Positions 7,960 through 16,275 of a stretch of DNA of 32,000 nt are shown in pieces (within the stretch, counting starts at the first letter, position 1; the number at the start of each line of letters is the position of its first letter). The position numbers and the translations under genes were made by a program. This DNA is from Pyrolobus fumarii 1A. GTDB lineage: Archaea > Thermoproteota > Thermoprotei_A > Sulfolobales > Pyrodictiaceae. The DNA lies in the NCBI RefSeq assembly GCF_000223395.1, contig NC_015931.1, positions 1,530,001 through 1,562,000 on the forward strand, in the 5' to 3' direction. The notes beneath the pieces are model-generated. The model was given only the letters and a program-made list of their open reading frames with translations, had not been told where the DNA came from and did no database searches.

Positions 7960-10900
7960 ATGTCAGCCATGAGTAGGTTCACCCTAGTCACTCTAGCTCT
8001 AGCCCTAGTAGCCCTCGTAGCACTAGCTCCAGCGATCGCAGCTGCCCAGCCATACAAGTTCACGAGGCCACTAACAGTAGTAGTCTGGAAAGGCTCGCTG
8101 ATAGAAGTATACTTGAACTACACCGAGCTAGCAGACCAGTACGGCCTAGGCCCGAAGGGCTACCAGTTCGCACTAGGCATCCCAGGTACCGCTCAGCCAC
8201 TAACTGATCAGCCACTACCAATACTCATTAGCGACCCAGCTGGTACGACATTCTGTACTGTTGGCTACATAATCATTGACATCGGTTCAACGAACATAAA
8301 CTACGCGCTATGGATGACAAGCAGCCTAAACTACACGTTCACGGCGGACATCGGTACTGGCGTACGCGCGACCTACATGCTATTCAGGAGCCCAGCGGAG
8401 AACGACTATCTCGTACACCTATACAACGTCACTGGTAACAGCGAGGTAGGCACACTCAACATATACGCCAAGGTGTACTTCCCGGACAAGGGTAGCCTTG
8501 AGGCTGCTATAAAGGCGGCGAACGATGGCACCGTGCCACCAGCGTGTCAAGATCTGATTGACAGGTGGTGTGCTAACGGCTGCTGGTTACCAGTTTACGG
8601 CGTGATAGTGCCAGAAGATCTGCCGCTAACCCCGGGCAACAGGTATTCACTACTGATCAAGACTACTGCGAGCACCACCTGGGCCTTTGAGGGCGGACTC
8701 TATGTCCAGGCTATGGAGCCAAACGAGATACTAGTCAAGTTTGATGCGGGTACCAGCAACGTACTAGCATTTGGCAGGAAGACTCCACAGAAGATAACCC
8801 TAGCTGACGGTAGCAACATCTATGCGGTTGGCGCTCTCAACGTCACAATCAACTGGACTGTGCTTAGGAGCGCGATTGAGAACAGCCTCTCTGAGAACCT
8901 AGGCGTCAGGAACGTAAGCGCGGTGGTACGTGTAGTATATAGGCCGTCTATCTACAGCCTGGGCCAGATACTAGCCGAGAGCGGTATCGTGACGTACAGC
9001 AGCACGAGTATGAACTATACAGCTGCAGGCTCCCTACTTACGAATGCTTCGGCCGGTAGCTTACCAGCTAGGATACTTGGCGGCGAGTTCGGCACATTCA
9101 ACAAGAGCAACGTCGGTGCAATCATATTCAACCTAACAGTCAACCCAGACGCAACTCTACCAATCGTCAACAAGATGCTAGCACTCAAGTACAGTGTTGG
9201 TGGAATGACGATAATGTTGCCAGCAGCCGAGGGTAGCGTCGACATCGTGGTAAGAGTAAACGAGACAGTGTGCGTTGGTGGTTGCGTAACATTCGACGTG
9301 GTAGGGATAAGCGGAGCGACTGAAGCTGTGCCATTCTGGGCGATAGCAGCCTATATACCGCTAGGATACAAGATAACCATACTGCCGAGTGCAATCTACG
9401 CTGACGACATGAGACTAGACACGCCAGACGATCTAGTTAACGGCTTTAACGCGTCACTGTACGGTGATAGAGATGCACTAAACGTCTATGACGAGCTGCG
9501 TGTAGTTCTAGTGAACTTCATCAGCGACATGACGAAATTCTACCTACCAGCAGGTACCTACACGATACTAGGTGCTGGCACGCCAAACATTGATAGGAAC
9601 GTGACAGCGCTCGAGGCACTACTAATCAAATGGGCTACTGGCGACGTCGTTGGCAGTACGTATGTGAACGAGACGGAGGGTTACATAGCTGCTGGTAACA
9701 AGCTGGCTTACAACAGGATACTAGTCATCTATAATGTCAAGCCAGCACCGTACGCTGGCGCCTACTACTACCTACTGCCAGTCTTCAAGCTGAACCTAAC
9801 GGATGCTGAGGGCCAGATAACAACCGAGGTGATAGCGACACTACCGCCAATAAACGTCACTAACGTCGATAACGTCGCTAGCGGCGATGTCAAGATGGTT
9901 AGTGGTAACACCGTCTTCAGGATAAGACCAGTACTATTCGCGTGGCCTGTTGACGTCATAAGTGGTAGTAGGCTAACATCCGACACTAGCACAGTTGCGA
10001 CACTAGGCACCTACATAATGGTCTATGGCGTCGGCTTCGACCTTGATGACGCCGCACTGAAGCTATTCGTCGGTAACGTCTCGATACCATTCAGCCAGCT
10101 GCGCAAGATACTAGGCTATCAGCTACTACGCGCGGACTTCATCGACGTAGTGGTGGTTAACAAGGAGACCGGCACCTTCGGTGTACTAGTACCGCTATGG
10201 AGGCTCTACGAGCAAGGCTACGATGTACTGGCAGGAGCAAAGACAGGCTACATAACAATCAACGTGACCGGCACCGGCGCCAACAGCGATGTGGCGGGCG
10301 GCCATGGCAACCTAGGCGTATACACCGGTGCAGCCTATGACGCCGCAGCAAGGTACGAGATCGTCGAGCCAGCAGAGCCTCTAGTACTGCTCGAGCCGAG
10401 AGCGTATATCAACCTAACCGGCTCAACCGCGACGATAGCAGGTAACGTGACACTAACCGTAGCGACACCTGACGTAAACGTGCTAGCCTACCTACAGGAC
10501 GGCACCATCTACCGCAACAAGACCGCGGGTGCTGCCTACGAGAAGCTGGTAAGCCTATACCCACCGGCAGACAACAATGCAATGTACTACAACTTCACCC
10601 ACCTAATGGCCGTGGTAATAACCAAGCCAGCGACTGCCGATACGACCTACGCGCTAGTACTCGCCAGCGGTACCACGCCGGTCGCGTTCGCGATCAACAT
10701 GACTGTCAGCGACCTAGCTAGCGGCATCTACGTTGCGAGGGGCATACCGGTGCCGACGGTAAAGAAGGGCACTTACATACTAGCATTCTACAACGAGAGC
10801 GCTACGACGCCAGTGACTGGCACTGGCGCCAGGATAAGGATGGTGCCATCCGTGGTCTTCCACAGCGTCGAGATGGGCGTTGCCGACATGAGCACTGTCG

Positions 10901-12429
10901 CGTGGTGGACTAGCGGCATCTACGCGCCAAGCCTAGACGCGCTGCCAAACGGCACGATAATGATGTACGGTTACAGCTGGGACACCGGCTACGCAATCAA
11001 GCTATACGTCGACCAGACCCAGAAGATGACCATCGAGACTGCACAGATCGATGAGACCGGCTCGTGGACGGCCAGCTATACGGTGCCAGCCACCGCGGCG
11101 GGCTCCACGCTGACACTAGAGCTAGACCAGAACGGTCAGAAGGCTGGCGCCTACGTGAGAGTCATAGAGATCAAGAGGAACGCGCTAGTCGCGAAGGTGA
11201 GCAGCGGCCCAGTGGTCTACGAAGATGGCACCGTGAAGATACCAGTGGTGGTCACTGTAACCTACTATGACGTGCCGGTGGCGTGCAACGCCGACGTCAA
11301 GATAAGCGTGAAGGCATACTATGACGTCAAGAAGCACCTAGCCTACAGCCTAGACCTGACACCAGCCGACTGTGTAGAGCCTGGCGTATGGATGGGCGTC
11401 ATTGAGATACCAGTAATCCAGGCACCAACCTACCTAGTGATCGTTGCTAAGGTTGAGTACACGCTAATGGGCGTTGCAAAGCTGACACAGTTCGCAGAGG
11501 CTGGCGTAACGATCGACCCAGAGCTAAAGGCAATGGTGGCGACCGCCGCTGAGAAGGCCGACACAGCTGCTATGGCGGCCGAGGAGGTCAAGACCCTAGT
11601 AGAGACGCTCAACACCAAGGTCGACAGTATAGCTACAACTGTCGAGGGCATCGACACCAAGCTAGCCAGCATCGCTGCTAAGCTAGACACAATCGGTACA
11701 AGCCTAAGCGACATCGCTGCTAAGCTAGATGACATCAAGACCAGCCTAACGAGCGCTGTAGCCGAGATAACCACCAAGCTAGACAAGATCAGCGGTGACC
11801 TCGAGAGCGTCAAGGCCACACTAGCTGGCATCACCAGTGAGGTGAGCACGGCAGTCAAGGAGGCGCTAGCTGGCGTGGCAACCGTCGACGATGTGAAGAG
11901 CATCGTCGAGAGCGCCAAGAACGCAATACTAGACAAGCTAGCTGCCAGCACCAGCGATGTCAAGGCTGCTGTGGCTGCTGCCAAGAGCGAGCTAGCTAGG
12001 AAGATAGACGAGAGCACTGCGGCAGTAACAAGCGCGGTCGACGCGGCCGTCAACAAGATACTAGGTAAGGTTGACGAGGTGGCGGCAGCCATCACCGACC
12101 TAAAGAACAGCATGGCAACCAAGAGTGATGTGGAGGCTGTGAAGACAGCTGTTGACCAGCTAAGCAGCAAGCTAGACGAGGTCAAGGGCGCGATCACTGC
12201 AAGCGTAGAGGACGTGAAGAAGGCGGTCAACAGCCTAGCCGCCAAGCTAGGCGACGTAAAGGCCGGTGTTGACAGCCTCAAGACCGAGATAAGCAACGTC
12301 AAGAACAGCGTTGACAGCGTTGGCACCAACACGATGATCTTCGGCGCTGCCAGCCTAGTGATAAGCATAATCGTACTAGCTCTACTAATACTCGTGGCTG
12401 TTAAGGGAGGACTACTAGCATCCCACTAA
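7960..12429 (+). CDS. S-layer glycoprotein, tetrabrachion-like (signal peptide, large N-glycosylated ectodomain, long C-terminal coiled-coil stalk, C-terminal TM anchor)
   Basis: Signal peptide is FTLVTLALALVALVALAPAIAAAQP. I see more than twenty N-x-S/T sequons by eye (NYT, NVT, NLT, NET, NKT...). About 300 aa of Ala/Ser/Lys/Asp heptad-type repeats run from roughly 11520 to 12300. The protein ends in the hydrophobic anchor MIFGAASLVISIIVLALLILVAV. The ORF is open from GTG 7945; ATG 7960 or 7969 is the more likely start. Confidence 0.8.
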   Translation: MSAMSRFTLVTLALALVALVALAPAIAAAQPYKFTRPLTVVVWKGSLIEVYLNYTELADQYGLGPKGYQFALGIPGTAQPLTDQPLPILISDPAGTTFCTVGYIIIDIGSTNINYALWMTSSLNYTFTADIGTGVRATYMLFRSPAENDYLVHLYNVTGNSEVGTLNIYAKVYFPDKGSLEAAIKAANDGTVPPACQDLIDRWCANGCWLPVYGVIVPEDLPLTPGNRYSLLIKTTASTTWAFEGGLYVQAMEPNEILVKFDAGTSNVLAFGRKTPQKITLADGSNIYAVGALNVTINWTVLRSAIENSLSENLGVRNVSAVVRVVYRPSIYSLGQILAESGIVTYSSTSMNYTAAGSLLTNASAGSLPARILGGEFGTFNKSNVGAIIFNLTVNPDATLPIVNKMLALKYSVGGMTIMLPAAEGSVDIVVRVNETVCVGGCVTFDVVGISGATEAVPFWAIAAYIPLGYKITILPSAIYADDMRLDTPDDLVNGFNASLYGDRDALNVYDELRVVLVNFISDMTKFYLPAGTYTILGAGTPNIDRNVTALEALLIKWATGDVVGSTYVNETEGYIAAGNKLAYNRILVIYNVKPAPYAGAYYYLLPVFKLNLTDAEGQITTEVIATLPPINVTNVDNVASGDVKMVSGNTVFRIRPVLFAWPVDVISGSRLTSDTSTVATLGTYIMVYGVGFDLDDAALKLFVGNVSIPFSQLRKILGYQLLRADFIDVVVVNKETGTFGVLVPLWRLYEQGYDVLAGAKTGYITINVTGTGANSDVAGGHGNLGVYTGAAYDAAARYEIVEPAEPLVLLEPRAYINLTGSTATIAGNVTLTVATPDVNVLAYLQDGTIYRNKTAGAAYEKLVSLYPPADNNAMYYNFTHLMAVVITKPATADTTYALVLASGTTPVAFAINMTVSDLASGIYVARGIPVPTVKKGTYILAFYNESATTPVTGTGARIRMVPSVVFHSVEMGVADMSTVAWWTSGIYAPSLDALPNGTIMMYGYSWDTGYAIKLYVDQTQKMTIETAQIDETGSWTASYTVPATAAGSTLTLELDQNGQKAGAYVRVIEIKRNALVAKVSSGPVVYEDGTVKIPVVVTVTYYDVPVACNADVKISVKAYYDVKKHLAYSLDLTPADCVEPGVWMGVIEIPVIQAPTYLVIVAKVEYTLMGVAKLTQFAEAGVTIDPELKAMVATAAEKADTAAMAAEEVKTLVETLNTKVDSIATTVEGIDTKLASIAAKLDTIGTSLSDIAAKLDDIKTSLTSAVAEITTKLDKISGDLESVKATLAGITSEVSTAVKEALAGVATVDDVKSIVESAKNAILDKLAASTSDVKAAVAAAKSELARKIDESTAAVTSAVDAAVNKILGKVDEVAAAITDLKNSMATKSDVEAVKTAVDQLSSKLDEVKGAITASVEDVKKAVNSLAAKLGDVKAGVDSLKTEISNVKNSVDSVGTNTMIFGAASLVISIIVLALLILVAVKGGLLASH
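11671..11754 (+). repeat. 42-bp tandem duplication encoding 14-aa (two-heptad) coiled-coil units
   Basis: atcgctgctaagctaga occurs at 11671 and again at 11713, exactly 42 nt apart. The units encode IAAKLDTIGTSLSD and IAAKLDDIKTSLTS, and the following units (AVAEITTKLDKISG, DLESVKATLAGITS) keep the 14-aa period. Confidence 0.8.
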
Positions 12430-12462
12430 GCGTGAAAACGAGTAACACATGACTCCCGATGA

Positions 12463-12484
12463 TTTTCCTGCCCCAAGTTTTTTC
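12463..12484 (+). terminator. oligo-T tract after S-layer gene (archaeal intrinsic terminator candidate)
   Basis: GATTTTCC and then TTTTTT (12478-12483) lie within 55 nt of the TAA stop and are followed by an AT-rich spacer. Confidence 0.4.
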
Positions 12485-12718
12485 ACACAACTTGCGTATC
12501 CTGTATCTTTGTTTCACCTCTCTCATCTGTGTATCTAAGTCGTGTTGTTTTCTCATTCGCCTTCTGTAATTGTAGGGAGTTTCGAGGGGTGATACCCTCA
12601 CGCTCTATACTTTTCATTGTTTGTCGATTTTGTACTGAAAAATGTATGTCTTGTTAAATACTTGCAGGGTACTCTCTCCGCGCCTTTTACTTCAACGTTG
12701 ATAGGATGGGATTGACTG

Positions 12719-13000
12719 ATGCCCGATTTAGTGGTGTTGCTTAACGATATTCTAAGACGTGTTGTGATGCTAGCTTGGGGTGTGTTCCTTCTAACTTGGA
12801 GTATAGGGTGGGCGTTGAGAGGTGCACCAATACCCATAATGCGGTTAAAGAGGAGTGGTCAACACATGATAGAGGATGCAGTATGGGCAGCATTCTGGCT
12901 CTCTATGGGTTCAACGATATTCTGGATTGTATCTGTAGTGGCAAGTAGTGTGGCTGAGACCATTGGCGGACCTAGAGTAAATATTACAGTATTGCGATAG
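12719..13000 (+). CDS. cedA1: small two-TM hairpin membrane protein, VirB2/TrbC-like pilin candidate (CedA1-like)
   Basis: The 93-aa protein has two hydrophobic helices (VVMLAWGVFLLTWSIGWAL and AVWAAFWLSMGSTIFWIVSVVASSV) separated by a basic loop. It is the first gene of a cluster ending in a VirB4-like ATPase. The assignment rests on architecture and gene order, not alignment. Confidence 0.5.
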   Translation: MPDLVVLLNDILRRVVMLAWGVFLLTWSIGWALRGAPIPIMRLKRSGQHMIEDAVWAAFWLSMGSTIFWIVSVVASSVAETIGGPRVNITVLR

Positions 13001-13017
13001 GCGGGGTGTAATTCTCC

Positions 13018-14487
13018 ATGGAGTTTAGTGTATCGAGTGTATTGTCTCTTGCTTACCTGTTATCTGTCATAAACTATTACGTTGGTCTTGTGTTGTACGC
13101 GATGCCTGCTCCGATTGCCGTGAAGAGGTTTGGGCTTAGAATGTCATATCATGGTGCTATTGCGGCTCTCCTAGTAATGTTGTACGGTAGTCTAGTCTAT
13201 GTCGTAGAGCTGACATTTAAAACACTGGGGTTAAGCTGGGAGTCACTCTCTAGTTTCTATACGAGATCTAGCTTGCTAGCCTCCGGCTTCTACTCGATGG
13301 CTGCATTGTTAGCGTCCTTCCGCAGTCATATACTTGGTATAGTTCCCGATGCGATGCGTAACCTAGTGTCTATCATACTAAACACGGCTTATCGGAACTT
13401 GATGCGGGCATCAATATTGATAGGTACTAGCGAGGCTATGGTAAAGCTTGTTGCTAGCTTGGCTTATCATTACTGGGATAAGCTCGTGCTATTGGGAGTA
13501 CTGTTATACTCTCTGCCTGCTGGTGTTGGGCGCAAGGCTGGGGCTAGTCTCATAGCAAGCGGCATAGTATTGTACATTGCAGTTCCGTTGCTCCCGCTTT
13601 GGGTCAATATGTGGCTAGATTCAGTTGCGAAGTCCAATCCTATAGCGGCTCTCGTGGGTGGATTGGGTTATGCGAAACCCACGCTCTACATGCTATGGGG
13701 TAATGTGGTTGATCATAGTGGTCTAGGGCAGGGGTATACTATTGCCCTGTGGAGGGGTGGCGTACCGCTAGTAGCTAGGAGCGGGTACGCATCATATATT
13801 GTTACTTACCCCTTGGAGCCCGGCACGTACCTGCTTCAGGTATATGCGGGTCCAATTGTTGTAAAGAGTAGGGTAGTGTCAATCCCGGATGAGTGTCTGG
13901 AAAGTGAGTCGCCGTTTACCGATTTGTTAACTGTTATACAGCTTCTTGTGAATAACTTGTTGTATGGTAGAGTTGTGCAGTGTAAATACGATGTGATGCT
14001 CGAGAATGTGTTGATGCTCGGTGAGCACATTCTCGTAGAGTGGCCATCTACAGTACAAGTGTTGAGCTACGACTACAATCAGAGCGACGATGGCGTTTTT
14101 GTCAACATTAGTTTCGAGGGTAGTGGTGTTGTAAAAGTATGCGCGTGTTGCGGTTGTAGTGTGGATAGTTTATCAGGTATTATTGTAGAGAAGGAGGAGC
14201 AAGAAGACGGTGTTAGCTGCAGCTATTATCGCGTCGAAGACAGTACAGTGATAGCCATAACTGCGAGAGAATGTGGTGCTACTTTCTCCTCTGTGGCGCC
14301 ACAAGGTGGTATACAGTATCCGCTCTTGGATTTCTTGCTGCACGATATTCCGATGGCAGTTTACATGCTGGCAATGGGTTATGCGGCAGGCGTATGGAGC
14401 TATCTGATGCTTCTATCCCTGCTCATATATGGGTTTGGAAGAGTGCTTGGTGAAAGCGGGGTGCTAGTCATACGTATACGATACTAG
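13018..14487 (+). CDS. cedA: polytopic membrane protein (about 6 N-terminal TM + about 200-aa non-membrane domain + C-terminal TM), CedA/VirB6-like candidate
   Basis: Hydrophobic segments lie at roughly aa 5-28, 45-65, 85-105, 130-170, 175-200 and 440-480. The middle region contains a prealbumin/CarboxypepD_reg-like stretch (YPLEPGTYLLQVYAGPIVVKSRVV) and a Cys cluster, VKVCACCGCS. It sits between two small membrane ORFs. Confidence 0.55.
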   Translation: MEFSVSSVLSLAYLLSVINYYVGLVLYAMPAPIAVKRFGLRMSYHGAIAALLVMLYGSLVYVVELTFKTLGLSWESLSSFYTRSSLLASGFYSMAALLASFRSHILGIVPDAMRNLVSIILNTAYRNLMRASILIGTSEAMVKLVASLAYHYWDKLVLLGVLLYSLPAGVGRKAGASLIASGIVLYIAVPLLPLWVNMWLDSVAKSNPIAALVGGLGYAKPTLYMLWGNVVDHSGLGQGYTIALWRGGVPLVARSGYASYIVTYPLEPGTYLLQVYAGPIVVKSRVVSIPDECLESESPFTDLLTVIQLLVNNLLYGRVVQCKYDVMLENVLMLGEHILVEWPSTVQVLSYDYNQSDDGVFVNISFEGSGVVKVCACCGCSVDSLSGIIVEKEEQEDGVSCSYYRVEDSTVIAITARECGATFSSVAPQGGIQYPLLDFLLHDIPMAVYMLAMGYAAGVWSYLMLLSLLIYGFGRVLGESGVLVIRIRY

Positions 14488-14495
14488 GGACGAGT

Positions 14496-14663
14496 ATGAC
14501 GCTAGAAATTAGTGCAAGAGATAAACGCCTTCAAATAGCTTTCTTGCTGATGACGCTACCTCTGGTTATCATGGGGGATACGATCCTACGTTTACTCTCC
14601 ATTATCGCGCTATCATCGGGTCTAGTAGCATTTGTGCTTGTAGAGAGGGTTGAGGAGAGTTGA
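14496..14663 (+). CDS. cedA2: unlisted 55-aa two-segment membrane ORF (CedA2-like candidate)
   Basis: My hand translation from ATG 14496 gives MTLEISARDKRLQIAFLLMTLPLVIMGDTILRLLSIIALSSGLVAFVLVERVEES, ending at TGA 14661-14663. The stop overlaps the TTG start (14660) of the ATPase gene as TTGA. The ORF is below the 60-aa cutoff of the ORF track. Confidence 0.45.
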   Translation: MTLEISARDKRLQIAFLLMTLPLVIMGDTILRLLSIIALSSGLVAFVLVERVEES

Positions 14664-16252
14664 TCGATCCTGCGCTTGTGTTTCTCCTTGTAGGTGTTGC
14701 TTCTGCCGTGGTGCAAGCTGCTCGCAGTGTTTGGGGTGGAAGGAGTACTGCGAAGCTAGCTGCTCTGTCGGGATTGAAGGTAAACCATGAATATATAAAG
14801 CTAGGTGATAAGTGCTATACTGTCGTCCTCGTAGAGGACTTGGTGTGTGTCTTTGAAGCTGGTGAGTTATTCGCAAAAAGCTTGGAGTTGATAATTTCAT
14901 CTCAGGAGGTCGCAGGTGTTATTGTTGCTAAGCATAGTGTTGACAGAAGCTCAGCTCTCGCAAACCTAGAGAATAGTATTATGTCTTTGCGTGTAGTCCT
15001 TGAGCGAGAGCCTGGTAACAAGAACGTTGAGAGAAAGCTGCGTATACTCGAGAGGATGTACGAGAGTATAATGACTGGTTATCAGCCGGTTAAAGCCGTG
15101 ATTGGAATCGTTGTTAGGGGTGAATGTAGAAGAAGTCTATACAGAGAAGCTGAGCGCATAGCCAGGGAGATAACAAAGCTCGGATGCAAAGCTAAGGTTA
15201 TGACGGGCCAAGAAGCGCTCAAGGCACTCTTGCTGCCATTATCTTATAGCGGCTCTAGAAAAATTACAACAAGCAGGCAAGTTGTTACAAGCTTGTATGG
15301 TGCGTTGTCTAACACGCTAAGTAGTACACGTGAAGGCATCTACCTTGGTAGAAGGAATGATGGTGTTGCTTTTCTTCTTCCGCTCTGGTCGTCTAGCGGT
15401 AGCTTGCATTATGTGATTGTAGGGCCTACTGGTAGAGGTAAGACAACCTTAGAGGCAATCCTGGCGGTGCGCGCAGACGCAATGGGTATCAACGTGTACA
15501 GCGTCGACCCAAAGGGTGACCTTGCAAATTACTTGTCAGGGTTCCTCAGGATCGTGAAACTGACCATACGTGAAGTGTTTGAAAGCATGTTATGGTTGTA
15601 TCGTGAGGGTGTCATAGACAAGCGTGTGGTTAGCGAGGCGCTTGCAGAGCTAAACTTGGATACCATTATTGACGCTGCTATAACAGCTGCAGAGGAATGT
15701 AAACCGCTTTACCGCCTTGTTGATGGCCACTTGTTATCAAGATTAAAGAGGCTAGGTTTGAGCAACGTGACATGCCGAAGGCCATCATGGGTAAGCTCGG
15801 GGGTAGTGTATGATGTCAGCGGTCTACCAGAGGCGCTCAAGAGTATCGGCGCTATTGTAGTTTCCCTATCAGCTCTTTCTAGACGAAGTAGAGGGCTACT
15901 TCTCATTGACGAGGCGTGGCGTATTGGAAAACTTGCCTCGTTGCACGTTATACGCCTGTACAAAGAGGCGAGGAGCGCTGGACTAAGTATAGTGTCGGCT
16001 ACACAGGATCCAGACGACCTTCCACAAGAGATATACAACAATTCGTATGGTGTGATACTCTTCGGGTCTAACGACGAGGAGTATATCACCAGGGTTGTTA
16101 AGAGATTGGGGCTTAGTAGTGAGGATGGGCGCAAGTTGCGCATGCTAGGTGTTGGCGAGGTTCTCGTGAGGCTTGCTGGATCTAGACCAGAGCTGGTAGA
16201 GATTGATGCGAGTGAAATCCTTGGAATGAAGGGGTTAAAGGCTGGCAGTTAG
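14660..16252 (+). CDS. cedB: VirB4/TrbE-like (HerA-FtsK superfamily) conjugation-type ATPase with N-terminal TM helix, CedB-like
   Basis: N-terminal hydrophobic helix is ALVFLLVGVASAVVQAA. Walker A is VIVGPTGRGKTTL. Walker B is LLLIDEAWRIGK, the DEAW form typical of VirB4. VSATQDPDDL follows. TTG start coupled to the upstream small ORF. Confidence 0.8.
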   Translation: MIDPALVFLLVGVASAVVQAARSVWGGRSTAKLAALSGLKVNHEYIKLGDKCYTVVLVEDLVCVFEAGELFAKSLELIISSQEVAGVIVAKHSVDRSSALANLENSIMSLRVVLEREPGNKNVERKLRILERMYESIMTGYQPVKAVIGIVVRGECRRSLYREAERIAREITKLGCKAKVMTGQEALKALLLPLSYSGSRKITTSRQVVTSLYGALSNTLSSTREGIYLGRRNDGVAFLLPLWSSSGSLHYVIVGPTGRGKTTLEAILAVRADAMGINVYSVDPKGDLANYLSGFLRIVKLTIREVFESMLWLYREGVIDKRVVSEALAELNLDTIIDAAITAAEECKPLYRLVDGHLLSRLKRLGLSNVTCRRPSWVSSGVVYDVSGLPEALKSIGAIVVSLSALSRRSRGLLLIDEAWRIGKLASLHVIRLYKEARSAGLSIVSATQDPDDLPQEIYNNSYGVILFGSNDEEYITRVVKRLGLSSEDGRKLRMLGVGEVLVRLAGSRPELVEIDASEILGMKGLKAGS

Positions 16253-16275
16253 AGGCCGCGGGTTGGGGAACGAGA

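Noticed and set aside
11430-12368. 312-aa minus-strand ORF
   Set aside because: It lies entirely antisense to the repetitive coiled-coil stalk of the S-layer gene. Its Ser/Leu/Thr/Ala low-complexity sequence is a mirror artefact of the GCN/AAG-rich sense codons.
12401-12837. Minus-strand ORFs 12401..12601 and 12598..12837
   Set aside because: They lie in the AT-rich spacer after the S-layer gene, overlapping its 3' end and the pilin-like gene antisense. They are basic, low-information sequences, so the region is more likely terminator and promoter DNA.
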